A stretch of 61,273 nt of DNA, the filler included, from Asterionella formosa (Eukaryota): the NCBI GenBank assembly GCA_002256025.1. It is 14 parts of 14 records of this genome, joined end to end, with 100 filler letters (N's around TTAATTAATTAA, not from the genome) between each part and the next. Parts side by side here need not be neighbours in the genome. Positions count along the whole stretch, not along the records: positions 43,873 to 48,149 come from NKIB01013612.1; positions 48,250 to 52,525 come from NKIB01013613.1; positions 52,626 to 56,899 come from NKIB01013614.1; positions 57,000 to 61,273 come from NKIB01013615.1; 10 more parts are not named here. One strand, 5' to 3'. The notes under the pieces are model-generated. The model was not told the DNA's origin. It made no database searches and worked only from the letters and a program-made list of their open reading frames with translations. Positions within the stretch are counted from its first letter, which is position 1. Every line of letters starts with the position of its first letter. This document shows positions 43,873 to 57,133 of this stretch, piece after piece. A program made the position numbers and the translations under genes.

Positions 43873-46211
43873 CCCACGGTAGCTTGGATGGGCATGAAAT
43901 ATTACGTTGTCACTACGAGTGTGGTCGCACATCACTTCAATTTCCATTGTTGACAAAATGAAAGGAAGGAGTTGGGCGCCTAGAACTCGCACCAGATCTT
44001 GGTCAACCCCAGTTTTGCAGATGCTACTTGATGATGATGAAACCCTGGCAATCTCAAATTCACCATTTCCATCTTCTTCAATCAGAAGAGAATATCGAGT
44101 ACCTCCTGTTTTGGATTTCACAATTCCAATGTCAACTGGGACAGCTTCCAACTTGTATTGTAAATCTCCAATATCTTCGCCAAGAAACTGACTCCAAGCG
44201 GTTCCGATCACCATGTTCTCCACCATTCTCGCCCCACTTTGAATATCCATCACATCTTTGCGTTTCTGGGAAGTCCTGGCTGGTAATTCACACAAGAATT
44301 TAAGATTCTTTTCCATTGGGCCTCCATTAAAAACCTGTGGACTTCCGAAACGATGAATGTTTCTTACAGTATGCATCTGATGATGAAACTTTGCAAGCTT
44401 CCATCCCTGAGAGGTTGTTGTTGCTTCTTGGGCATTCTTTTACCAGCTTAGTAAAATAGTTGACAATGCTTTGGTGTTCCTGTGGTAAATTTCCCACATC
44501 ATAGCTCTCTTTACTAAACCAGGCATTGTAGCAGAGCAGCCCTTCGAATAGACCTTGAAAGTTTCGAATGTCTTGATTGGTCATACCACTTTCTTCTCGG
44601 CAGATATTGATTCAAGCATCACATGCCATGACAACACAGGCAATAAGCGTCACTCTGATTCTTTCGTTAGCAGTAATTTTCGTTTTGCAACCATGAAAGC
44701 CGAAATTGAAGGAACAACGAGGAAGGTCTCGGTCACTCTGGTGAAGGAAGAGTTTAGATATTTTGTTGAACAACTGGTCAAACAGTTTTCGATTGGAATT
44801 ACTTTACTGTTTTGGGGCGCCCGATCATATAAGAATATAGCTCCATGAGGTGATCCATTATTCCTTCTTGAATGGAATGGAGTTTTTCAGGAGGAATATG
44901 CCCATTTACACCAAGAGGATCGCCACCAAAACACAACCGATACCAAAAGGGATAGATGAATCTTTTGCTCACATTATCCTATAAATCTTTTATGCCCCAG
45001 AATAAAAGTTCCTTGTAATCAATCTGACCTACAGGACTGCATTCAAGAGATGGATTGTCCATTTGATCAAACAGACAATCATATTCACGACACATTCTGG
45101 CAGTCTTTAGATATGTTTTCTTTTGTCCGCATTGTTCATCTAAACCTTATTCAGCATCACCGAGAATTAGACCAACCGGAACTTTCACATTAAGTGTAAA
45201 TTGATTGCCTCCGAAATTGAAAATGTGTTTGAATCCACCAGCTTCAAGAATCACACCAAGGACAGCCTAATAATCGGATTCCTTTTGATCAGGGGTTAGG
45301 GACTGGATTTCAGATAGACTTGATGAGGTCAGCTTTGGGATCAATCCGATTGGCCGCCATGCATTGACCTTATTTCTCACATTGGTAGTAAATATACCAA
45401 GTGACATTAGGACATGCTCCATTGTGTACTTTCCTTTTTCAACCATGTGTGTCTTGTCAATAAAGAACATGAGTGGAACAAGGAAGTCATTTGGCTGAGA
45501 ACATAAATATTCATGGGCATCTATCCACCAGGTACCAGTGTGAAATTCGGATCTGACACTGGTGGGTTGTGGTGCTTTACACGGATTCTTGACGAAATCA
45601 AATGACACATTTTGTGGTGACATTAGTGTGTCATTTGTCAAGAGATTCTTAACCTGAGCCATGAAATCAAAACATAAAACATCAATCAGTTTTCCATCAT
45701 GCAATATGGCCTGTTTCACCTGGGGAGTTAAATCATTAATGTTAAATCGGTTTTGAAATTCTTTCAGAACAGTGGTCCTCCTGGGAGGACAAGATTCAAA
45801 AATGAATCCAGCTTCCTGAGCTGTGCTGCAAAAACTCATGATTTGATCATACATTTAAAGAGGAGAACGGGTGCCAAGCAAAAGACTAAGCAGTCGAGAC
45901 TTCATAACATTGCCAACTGAGGATGGTATACCAGGATCGGCGGAGGAAAACCTAATCCCTGTGGTGCTCAGGACTGGAATAGTATTGGTTTCATCCTGTA
46001 CCACTATTTTGCTTGTATTTTCTTTATCTTCTTTTTGATCAATGTCATATATATTGGTATGATCGCCAAAATGTAGTGTTTGAACATGACAAATATTGGC
46101 CCTTTTCTTTAATGACGACGAAAAGTCATCAGCAGGTGATGGTGGAGATTGACGAAATCCATCATATTCTTCCTGACCGTCTTCTGGACCAGTTGCTAGT
46201 TTACGAAACAA
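43873..46211 (-). pseudogene. Decayed Plavaka-like (EnSpm/CACTA-related) transposase, 3' truncated
   Basis: Collinear motifs SEFHTGTWW, LVPLMFFIDKTH, RNKVNAWRPIGLIP, VPVGLILGDAE.GLDEQCG...RMCREYDC, FGGDPLGVNG..PPEKLHSIQEG, IHRFGSPQVFNGGPME and FHAHPSYRG, with several stops and frameshifts. Confidence 0.75.
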
Positions 46212-46950
46212 CTCAGCAGCTGTTTAGCATTCGGGGCTATGTGTGTAATGATGGTGAAGGGAAACAAATGGACCCTTACCACATATCAAACAGCAATCGT
46301 CGTCGTTCATGGTGATAAAACACGATAAAATAGCGATTATGTACCGATATTTGTTTTATAGAAAGACGAGACAACGGCCGATATAGATATTAGACCCATC
46401 ATTTGTAAAACCACAAAATAAATTATCTCATTCAATTCGATTTAACACAGTTATACATCCAATGCTACTTTCCCTAAGGCCAGCCACTTGCTAGAGAGAT
46501 CGCTGTTGACTATTTGAAGTATCTTGGAAATACCTCTTATTTTCGACTGACTACAACGATATTCGATGAACACTAATATAGTACCGGTATGCAACTCCTT
46601 TTTCCATAGAACTACGGGTGCCAGTATATATAAAACACATCTACCAACGTTTCTTTTGATTTGATTTGTTAACCGAATTTTATTTGATAAAATAATCATT
46701 GTAGACAAATTGTAGCCTTTCCGAAAAGAAATAGCTTTGGTTGCAGCTCTTATTTTCTACTCAGGCCGACTACAATGATATGATCATCAGATGAACGCGA
46801 ATACATGCAACAGCTATTTCTGTGTAACGAAATTCCCATATTCGATAGATTTGCTGCAGCTAGATATTTTCCCTGTTGGAGTCTTCATTGTAGCGGTAGT
46901 TTTGCTTATAGATGCTCCGAAAAGGTGGAAAAATAGTTGAGTTAATTCAG

Positions 46951-47546
46951 ACATCCTATGTAGTGCAATCTAGCGGCATTACTGCTGGTACTAACCTTTT
47001 GCAAATCACAACGTTGAAAATCGTGACGATTCACCATGTTCGTCAGATTTTCATGAGGTCTGCATTGCTCGCCAAAAAGTATACTGACAAAGCATAGACT
47101 GCGCGCCAGCTTTTTGTTATGTAGAATGTACACATGGCTAGTGCAAAGCAAAGGTATAGTAGGAGGAGGACCGTCCGTGCCAGGTTTCTTTTAATGGAAA
47201 ACAGCTACTGGCTAGAACGTGGTGAAGGAACAAATTATCACTTTCGTGGTAAAATGCATTATGCATTGTGGTTGTTTTTATTGTTGTCGTTGTCATTTAC
47301 GTTTTCGCTATCTGTTGTTTCTGCTGTTATCCCTTTGGATCTTATTGTTGGAAACAAGGAGCTGGCTGGTGGTTCATCGTGGTTACTGTGGCTGTATACC
47401 CATCTCTTGATTGTTCTTTGCCCTCCGTTTGAACTGAATATGCATTGTTTGTTAAGAAATACAAAAAGGTCTTGTGTGAGTTTAAACAGCTACTATGATC
47501 TTACTCTGATTTACATCCTATGTAGTGCAATCTAGCGGCATTACTG
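46951..47546 (+). repeat. 34-bp perfect direct repeat pair (46951-46984 and 47513-47546)
   Basis: ACATCCTATGTAGTGCAATCTAGCGGCATTACTG twice, 562 bp apart. Confidence 0.85.
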
Positions 47547-48967
47547 GTACCAGTAAAAAACTGCTGTGACCCACTAAAAAAAATTGGAACTGCTGTGACC
47601 CACTGAACAGGAGAAAAACACGGTTCGACCCTCCCAAATGCAGATTTGTTAATTTTAAAACTTCGACCCTAATCTTGAGCATGTACGCTTTAAGGCTATG
47701 TCATTAGATATTAGTTTATAGCAATTGGTTTCTCCTAAAATATTGGTTGAAAAGTGCGATCGACGAAAATATTGCCAGAACACGGATTACCCCATGTTTT
47801 GAGGATTCATTGTTATATGATATACGCAGCATAATACAAAAATATCGCCTTCGATTTATTTGTTGTATGATTCCTGTCATATCCTTATCCCTGTCACTTG
47901 ATAGTGCCTAAGTAACTTGAGCATCATAAACCGGCGCAAAAACACTTGAAAGGAAATGAGTACATACCAGTATACAATTTTCAGCTCATAATATGCATCC
48001 AATTTATGGCAAAAAAGAATTCGACTGTGCCTTCGGGCAAGGCGGCTCAGTCTATTAGCAGCGCAAACAAAGCGAGGATGATTGAACATTGCCTATTGAA
48101 CATTTCCTATTGAACATTTCTACAAATATGGAAGTGTTGAAAGCGAAAANNNNNNNNNNNNNNNNNNNNNNNNNNNNNNNNNNNNNNNNNNNNTTAATTA
48201 ATTAANNNNNNNNNNNNNNNNNNNNNNNNNNNNNNNNNNNNNNNNNNNNATATTGTACCGAAATCTTCAGCATCAACATCCATTTCTACTTTCTCAATTG
48301 AAGTAGATGATGAACCTTTGTTTACCTGTTCCCTCAATCATCCAATTTTGGCAGACAATATTCAATATCCTCTGGAATATTACTCAATACATGATAGACA
48401 ATTGCTGGATATACAATTGATTCTCAATCAAACAACTCATCTCATTCTCAATCAACAAACCAAACACATCTGTTAAATTTTCCCTCTATCAATTTTCATC
48501 ATATACATTTCATGTATTTTGTAAAGAATCCAGGAGATACTTGACGTATTGTTATTCCTACATCACTATCGAATCCTATGGTACAGTTACTTTTCAACAA
48601 ACTATGCATACAACGGAACGAATTAATATCCATTACATCAAACCTTTTCAAAGGTAAAAGGTTTTCCCTTGGTGTGGGAGAGTGAGCGATCTTGCGCATC
48701 AATACAGATGTATATAGGGTTAGTGTTATATCATATATGTATCAGAACTCAATAATGAGAGAACTCGACTAACCCTCATTGTATACTTTGGTGTCGACTT
48801 GGAGAACGAGTTACACACAAGGATTAACAAATAAGCTCATATATTCAACAAATACTACTACTTCTAGTTAGATACTTCACCTGGTACCTGCTACCATGTA
48901 CTGGTACCTGGTCCCATATGTACCAGGTACTGGTACCTGGTCCCATATGTACCAGGTACTGGTACCT

Positions 48968-50653
48968 GGAAGGTGCGGTAATTGCGCCTTCTGCGCGCTT
49001 TTTTGGTTTCAAAGCCCTCCTGCACAGCATCGAAGCCACAATGGACCCCTTGGTATGATTTTTTAAGTCTTTACACATTCACACCATTTGATGACAAGGA
49101 CAATGCACTTTTGCGTGCATGCTAGTAGTACCTGGAACATGAACCAGGCAGGTTAATGGAGTCGGCTGACTTTCTAGCCAATGGTTTTTTCTTAAGTAAA
49201 TTCAAATTATAACCTTAATTATGAAAAGGTAATAACCGCTAAAGCAAGCCAACCAGCAGTGAGCAAAATTTTTTAGCAATGAGCAAATGCTCTGAGTAAT
49301 GAGCAAAATTTTCGTGTAGTGAGTAATTAATTTAGCAATTGAGCAAAAAAGTTCGGGATAGAGCAAAAACGATAAGGTTAGAGCAAAAGCAAAAAGTCAT
49401 GGGCCAAAAAACCTTGTAATTTTTAATTTACGCTGAAATTTTTTTGTGTTGAAATTTTTTTGTGTTCATTTGTCGGAATTAGAGCAACAATTAAATACCG
49501 GTAGTAAATTCTATGCAATACCGGTCATTGAGCAATTTTAATTATACCACCGTTATTTGCTTGAATGAGGGGCACCAAGGTAGATCCCATAGGCCTAGTA
49601 TTGGCAAAAACCTGACCCTATGTGTTAATGTATCGGTACTATTTTGCGCCGAAAAACTCTTGTTAAAATCACATAGACCATGTTGGTATTCTGTTGGTCA
49701 AGTCATCAATTTTACAACCTCCCGCACCGCTTGATTTATCAACATACTAACCGCCATGATCAGCGCTTTCAGTAAACGCATCAAGCGGGGTGGGAGCACA
49801 CGATTTCGTTTAAATACGACCTATTTAGTGTTGAGCACGGCAAATCCACGCCTACATGACCAACCAAATCACGTCCAAAACCTCTTGAGCTTGACAGTAG
49901 GGTACCTGGTGTTGAAACTGTACAGGAATTCCTCAAATAGGGTGCTATAGCAGTAAAAATATAGCTAATTCAGCGATTTCACAACCATCACTGTGCAATG
50001 GACTGCTCGATTTCAAGGTCATTATGAATGAACAACTCAACCATGACAACAACGAGATCGGATGGTAAAAATATTTAAATGTATACATAAAATTTATTCA
50101 TGTGCATGTTATTTATGCACAAATTAAACTGATGCTAAAAATATGTTGTAGTGGTAGCTACGGTGGCTTCCTAATGTTGTTTCATGATGCAGCCAGCCAT
50201 ATAATATTTATTTTAGTGAAAGAAACGTGAAAACAATATTTCGGACATAACTCTACATCGATAAAATCTGGGCCAGCTCCTGCCTTTACCGGTAACTATT
50301 TGAAAATGAAATAGTTCGTGGCAATGAGCAATTATTTTTTTGCTATGAGCAAAAATTTGAAGTACTGAGCAAATTTATTTAGCAACGAGCAATTCTCTGA
50401 GCAATGAGCAAATTCTCTGAGCAATGAGCAAATGCTATTATCAAAGAGCAAAACTTTCGTGTAGTGGTGAGCAAATTGGAGGTTTTATTAAAGAGGGAAA
50501 GCCAAATCACTAAGTACGGTTATAATTTGAATTTACTTTAAAACGAACATGGATAGGAAGCCAGCCGACTCCAACGGTCGGTCGTACTTGCAAAGCCCTT
50601 CAGGCGGGCTGAAACGAAAAAAGCCCGCAGATGGCGCAATTACCAAACTTTCC
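48968..50653. mobile_element. Non-autonomous TIR element (GG...CC ends, 8-bp TSD-like flanks) with inner inverted repeats and GAGCAAA arrays
   Basis: Outer TIR GGAAGGTGCGGTAATTGCGCCTTCTGCGCGCTTTTTTGGTTTCA versus (reverse complement) GGAAAGTTTGGTAATTGCGCCATCTGCGGGCTTTTTTCGTTTCA. Flanks are TGGTACCT and TGGTACCC. Inner IR at 49158-49214 and 50518-50572. Confidence 0.75.
49568..50201. mobile_element. Nested diverged copy of the 17822-18477 MITE
   Basis: Collinear homology (e.g. AGCACGGCAAAT...CCTACATGACCAACCA...GTTGAAACTGTACAGGAAT). The right end TGCAGCCAGCCATA is retained; the left TIR is not recognisable. Confidence 0.7.
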
Positions 50654-52061
50654 TGGTACCCATGGACATGTAGAATGAGGGCTACCTAGTAACTGTACAG
50701 TGCTCTACATATTGGTATTATTATGTTACTGGTTTGTACTGTAAAAAGGTCTCCCTCCTACTACTGGCAGAGTTGTCCTTGAACACTTTCTAAGAAGGCC
50801 ATTTGGCATGTCCTGCATGTAAACAACAAGCGTGCTAATTTGCTACCAGTAGTTAGTAGTACTGGAGTACCAGGAAGGCCCAGTAGTGCACATTTGATGG
50901 TGTGCAACACCTTTTCAGTTTTAACTCCCTCCTCACCACCAGGCAAGATAGGCTGGCTTTCTATTCCAAACTTTCAAAAGTATTACATAATACCATTAAA
51001 TTTTCATTCACTGATTCCAAGCTGTGATCTGTCAATCCATTTTCATGTTCACCAATGCATGCATCATACCTTCCAGTAGGGGTATTCAGCCACCACTGGA
51101 AGCAAGATGGTTTGCTATACCGGTTCAGCAGTCAGCAACTTCGATATAGATATAGTCAGTTCATTCTGGATGTTGTCAAAAAATCTAGATCAAGTCAGCT
51201 GATTCTATTCATATTCAGCAAATTCTGAATGATGTAAAAAGAAATTCCCCCATATTTTGAGAAGACAGTTTGCTCAACTGGTTCATCAGCCAGTCAGTAA
51301 GTCTTATTTGTATTCTGTAAATCCAAGTAAAAGTAATGTTCAGTGACTTAATGTTCTGCAAATTGTTAAAAATATTACATAAAGGAATATTTGAAATCGA
51401 AAGCTGACCTATCTCACCTGGCAGGCATGAAATGAATCATTGGGAGTGAGTTGAAACTGAAAAGGTTCATACACAATATGCATTGTTCTGACTGGAACTT
51501 CCAGGTATTCCAAAGCAGCCACAGGTATGCATTTTTAGGATTGGTTGGCTGAATAGTATGATGTACCATTGTACTGGCTGATGCCACCAAAAAACTGTAA
51601 GACACTGCTAAATAGAGTATATGCAGGGTTTGAACTTAGATTGCAAGATACGCTATTTATTTTTGCAAATGAGTTGTTGAGATTTATATAGCAAGTCAAT
51701 ACTTTTGTACTTTTATTGTAGTATTGTGTGCATTTTTCATTAGGTATTATCGCCCAAAGGTAGCTGTCTGTGCGAAATTGCGAAAATTGGATATTTTCAT
51801 GTTAACTCGTCCTCTATTGACCAAGTATCACCTTTTCTATATATGTATACAGGTACTACGAGAATATTCCTTGGCTAGAAAACTAAAAGTTAGTATGTTT
51901 TATAGCCCATTAGTACTCCCCTATTTCTAGGCAAGTCTGTCATTGTGCTATGCACTTGCTGACAAGACCTGTGCTTCCCTACGTCTGTAAAAAACCGTTA
52001 GGCCTAACAGTTTTGCTGAAAGACCCACTGCCCAAAAAATTCTCAATATGACGTATTATTT

Positions 52062-52220
52062 TTTGATTGATCATACAAAAAAACTCATTGATCATACAGA
52101 AATATTGATTGATCATACAGAAATACTGATTGATCATACCAAAAAACTGATTGATCATACAGAAATATTGATTGATCATACAGAAATACTGATTGATCAT
52201 ACCAAAAAACTGATTGATAT
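52062..52220 (+). repeat. 21-bp tandem repeat, ~7 copies
   Basis: Unit TGATTGATCATAC(A/C)(G/A)AAA(T/A)A(C/T). It explains the MINQYFC repeat ORF. Confidence 0.9.
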
Positions 52221-52625
52221 CAACTAACGTTTTGGTGGTCGATCGAAAGATAGTAATCGTTAGATCAAATAAGTTATTCATTCGGTCTAACCTTTGGAAT
52301 GCTAATATCAAATAGAATTTTTAGCTTTCGATCTAACATTCATTACTACTGATCTGACTAATTTCTCCCATTGATCAAACCTATTATCATGTTCGATCAA
52401 TGATGAAAACAAATCGAATTAAATGGATTGCTATTTAATACTCAAATATTCTACTTCTGGTTACCCATACTTTCTACTGTGCATCCTCTATCAGAATGAG
52501 CACACACTGGTCTTCAATACCTCAANNNNNNNNNNNNNNNNNNNNNNNNNNNNNNNNNNNNNNNNNNNNTTAATTAATTAANNNNNNNNNNNNNNNNNNN
52601 NNNNNNNNNNNNNNNNNNNNNNNNN

Positions 52626-55600
52626 GGACCAGGTATTTTTTGGAGGCACAGGGGTATGATGTACAGGAGTCTATCATATATCAAGATAACCAAAGCACTA
52701 TGCTGCTGGCAATGAATGGAACAGCTTCAAGCAGCCGTCGAACACGTCACATTAATATCCGATATTTCTTTGTGGCAGACCGGGTCACATCAGGGGAAGT
52801 GAAAATAGAATACTGCCCAACTGCACAAATTTTAGCCGACTATTTTACAAAGCCTTTGCAGGGGAATCTATTCCGCACGATGCGGAACATGATCATGAAT
52901 GTTAATCCTACATCAGACCACACTTATGCCATGCAGGATTATAGGAGTGTGTTGAATATGTGTAATGGACATGTCGGTAACGGTTACACCAATTACACCG
53001 ATATTGACAATGACCGCACCAACCATGCCAGCGTGCAAACTAACGAACAAGAGTGGATCACAGCTGAACCAAGGAATATCAGGATTAGAGATAGTGTGTC
53101 TGGTACCAGCGAAACTGGCTCACTTTAATTTAATTATTTGGTTTTATAAACGATACCATCCCGGTGTGCTTTTTATCGTCGGATTCGTTGTTTTATGGAC
53201 ACGAAGACATATTGAGAACATTGTGGTTTCAACAGAATTAAATTAAAGTTAAATAAGATGGACAAGGTGAAAACAGAAGGTGGGGACGCCGACACGAAGG
53301 TTGACAAGGATTTCGGCATTGATGCCAAGAAAAGAGGTCGCTTCAACTTCGGAAAGCAACAGGCATCCCGGACACCAGCCGCAACGAAATTCGAAGGCAA
53401 ATGCAACGAATTAAGAGGAAATGTGTATGACTGCTCGGATATGAAGCAAGTAGACCTATTCGCAAAGACGACGAAGGAGATTGCAGGTTTCGTAGGGCGC
53501 ACCTACAAATACGGTGGTGACATACGATTGGTGGTTGAGAACCTTGAGATGGTCAGCATCACTACACCTAAGGATCCACCAAAGGATTCTACACGCACAG
53601 AGGAACGAATTTGGGAGAAAGAAGTGGATGAGTTTGTAAAGAGATCAACATACCTCAAAGAAAACATCAAGACACTATACTCCCTTGTATGGGGACAATG
53701 CACGGATATAATGCAGCAGAAGGTTGAGGCCACGGACATATTTGACACAATGTCAATGGAAGGCAATGGTTTGATTCTCCTTAAAATCATCAAGGACGTC
53801 AACTATAACTTCCAAAGCCAGAAATACCTGCCTCACTCCCTATACGAATCCAAACGCAGGTTCTATATGTGTGTCCAGGGACGAAACATGACGACACAGG
53901 TCTACCTAGAACACTTCCAGAACATGCTAGATGTTATTGATCACAGCGGAGGGACCATTGCTGGCGACTCAGGAATCGAGAACATGATTCTGAATGAAAA
54001 GACAACTAGCAAGGAGAACATGAATGATCAACAGTTAAGTGAACTCAAGGCAGAGGTACTCAAGCGATTCACAGCAGTAGCATTCCTAGTAGGAGCTGAT
54101 CGTGTACGCTACGGCCGTCTGGTTGATAATATGGAGAACGACTTCCTACAAGGACGAAACAACTATCCCGAGACCGTCAGTGCAGCCTACCATCTACTAA
54201 CAAACTGGAAGCAGGATCCACGGCATGGGCTACACGAAGTAGGGGCAGTTGGTGATGGCGTATCCTTTCACAATGTGAATGACAAAGATGGAACGACACT
54301 GAACAACAACAGCGAGAATGGCGCGCGGAAAAGGCCAAAAGGAAAGGCACACATCATGTGCCACCGATGCCAAAAGAAGGGGCACTACGCTACGGAATGT
54401 GAGGAGCCTGCACCTGTCCCTAGGAATTTGACCACCAGTACTCCTCCCACAGCTGAAACGACATCAACCCAGTCCGCCACCACACTACTAATGGATGGTG
54501 TGCATGAGGGAGAATTCGAGGAAAATGTACACTTCCAATTTCTAAATCAAGGAGGAGTGAGTCTGAAAATTGGGCCCGATGGAAGGCTACCACGTACATG
54601 GATACTATTAGACAATCAGTCAACAGTTGATGTGTTCCATAACGCGGAACTCCTACGCAACATCCGTGTCCACACCAGTAAGATGGATATCCACTGCAAC
54701 GCTGGTATAATCAGCACCCAACTCGTCTCATAGGAGACCTTCATGGATATGGAACAGTATGGTACAACCCAAAGGGAATCGCGAACATCCTGTCCCTCGC
54801 ATGTGTCAAGGAGCATGGATACAGGGTAACATTTGATAGCAGCCAGGGCAATGCATTCCATGTTCACAAACCTGACGGAACCTATAGAGTGTTCAAAGAA
54901 TCAATGAAAGGCCTATACTACATGGATACAAAGGATCGCTCTGGAGTCACCCTTATCAATACGGTAGACGATAACCGTACTAGCTACTCCCAACGTGACT
55001 ACTCACAAGCTGTGCTAGCCCGAAAGATACAGAAGATTATTGGGCGTCCTAGTACCCGCACATTCATCAAGATTGTCGAGAACAACCTGTTCCCAAACTG
55101 CCCAATCACACGCGATGACATTATAGCGGCAGAACAAATCTTCGGGCCCGATGTGGGCTCGCTAAAAGGAAAAACAGTGCACCGTAGTTCAGTGCCAGTG
55201 AGGACCAACTCTACCACCATCCCCGCCGGGATTATCGACAAGTACCGTGTCGTGACACTTGCAGGTGACATCATGTTTGTCAACATTATGCCCTTCCTTG
55301 TCACCATATCAAGACACATCAAATTTAGCATGGGCTCCTCGAAAACCGATGGCTACCAACAATAATCAAGGCCATTGACAATGTGCGCAAACTCTACATA
55401 AAAAGAGGTTTCCAAATCGAAACAATCATCATGGATGGACAATTTGACGGACTGCGGGCCAACTTAGCCGAAATGGGAATGACACTCAACAGTTCTGCAA
55501 ATGACGAGCATGTCCCTGAGGTTGAATGCCACATTCGCACACTTAAAGAACGAGTGCGATCTGTCTACAACATGTTACCATTTGCCAAAATGCCAGCTCG

Positions 55601-56765
55601 TATGATTATCGAGCTTGTCTATTATTGTGGGTTCTGGCTAAACAGTTTCCCAGCCCACGGTGGAATATCTCCTACTCTCAGTCCACGCACTATAATTGCA
55701 GGCATGACCATTGACTACAACCATCACTGTAAACTTGAGTTTGGAACATACGCACAAGTCCACGAGGAACACGATAACAGCATGACTGCACGCACGGTTG
55801 GGGCCATTGCCCTACGCCCAACAGGAAACCACCAGGGCGGACACTTCTTTTTCAGCCTAAGCACAGGTCGCGTCCTAAACCGCAGCCATTGGACTGTGCT
55901 GCCAATGCCCACTGATGTTATCGATCGCGTTCACAAAATGTCATGTCGGGATGAAACTGAAGTCACCCTATACTTTGCCACAAAACGCGGTCAGATTGAA
56001 GATGAGATGCATGACGATGTTGACGATGACCCCTTTGATCCAGCCAACAATGACAATACTGACGAAGATGATGACGACAACGCTGATGCCGCAGCACCCG
56101 TCCACATCGTAGGAGTGAATGACAATAGCGATGTAGAAGGTGTAGAAGATGGAGACGAATACGATCTCGAAGCCACGGAACCAGGCAACGAACTAAACGA
56201 AAACACTGCCGAACTCAACGATGAAGAAGAAGTCGACAAGGAACCCAACCCGCCTGATAATGATGAACCAAGAGCTGACAACAGCGATGTAGATGGTGAA
56301 GACAAACACGATCCCGAAGCCACGGAACCAGGCAACGGAATAAACGAAGACACTGCCAAACCCAACAATGAAGAAGAGGTCGATGAGGAACCCAGTATCG
56401 AACAACGGATTCAACAAATGGACGCCGCATATGGCCAGAGACAACACCAATACGATCTGCGGGCTCGCAAGCCTTGCGACTATAGTCACCTACATGTCAT
56501 ACTAGAAGTCACCGTCATGACCCAACACAACATAAAGAAAGGGCTAAAAGTATTCGGCGAAGCCGGTGTGGAGGCTGTGCTTAAGGAATTGAACCAATTA
56601 CATGAACGTGGAGTACTCAAACCAACAAAAAACTTATCACATGAGCAGCGCACGGATGCACTACAATACCTCATGTTTTTGAAACAAAAACGCAATGGAA
56701 CAATTAAGGGCCGTGGCTGTGCTGATGGTCGGAAGCAACGTCAGTACACAACTAAGGAAGAAGCT
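52626..56765 (+). mobile_element. Copia family A copy 2: RNase H end, PPT, LTR (52950-53234), frameshifted gag-pol (53258-56765)
   Basis: RNase H C-terminus YQDNQSTMLL...RTRHINIRYFF...ADYFTKPLQG, purine-rich AGGATTATAGGAGTG, an LTR, then gag. Near-identical to copy 1 and shares two of its frameshifts and the RT insertion. Confidence 0.93.
52950..53234 (+). repeat. Family A LTR (285 bp)
   Basis: TGTTGAA...TTCAACA, near-identical to 13522-13807. Confidence 0.92.
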
Positions 56766-57133
56766 ACATCTAAGACGCGAAATACGCCACTTTTCGAAAT
56801 TTCGTCTACGTATGAGTGTTAATTATGTGGTACTTCACATGCATTAATGCCACTCTTCACGTAAAAAAGATTACTTTTAACTGTTTCATGTGAAGTTTTN
56901 NNNNNNNNNNNNNNNNNNNNNNNNNNNNNNNNNNNNNNNNNNNTTAATTAATTAANNNNNNNNNNNNNNNNNNNNNNNNNNNNNNNNNNNNNNNNNNNNA
57001 AAACTTCACATGAAACAGTTAAAAGTAATCTTTTTTACGTGAAGAGTGGCATTAATGCATGTGAAGTACCACATAATTAACACTCATACGTAGACGAAAT
57101 TTCGAAAAGTGGCGTATTTCGCGTCTTAGATGT

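Noticed and set aside
48724..48849. Possible solo LTR (TGTTAT...TTCAACA)
   Set aside because: No matching 5-bp TSD at these boundaries and no second copy in the window.
51979..52311. ORF with MINQYFC repeats, or a CRISPR-like array
   Set aside because: A by-product of a 21-bp tandem repeat with no unique spacers. The context is eukaryotic and there are no cas genes.
4304..56999. Regularly spaced TTAATTAATTAA motif and any gene neighbourhood across it
   Set aside because: This is a synthetic linker, so adjacency across spacers has no biological meaning.
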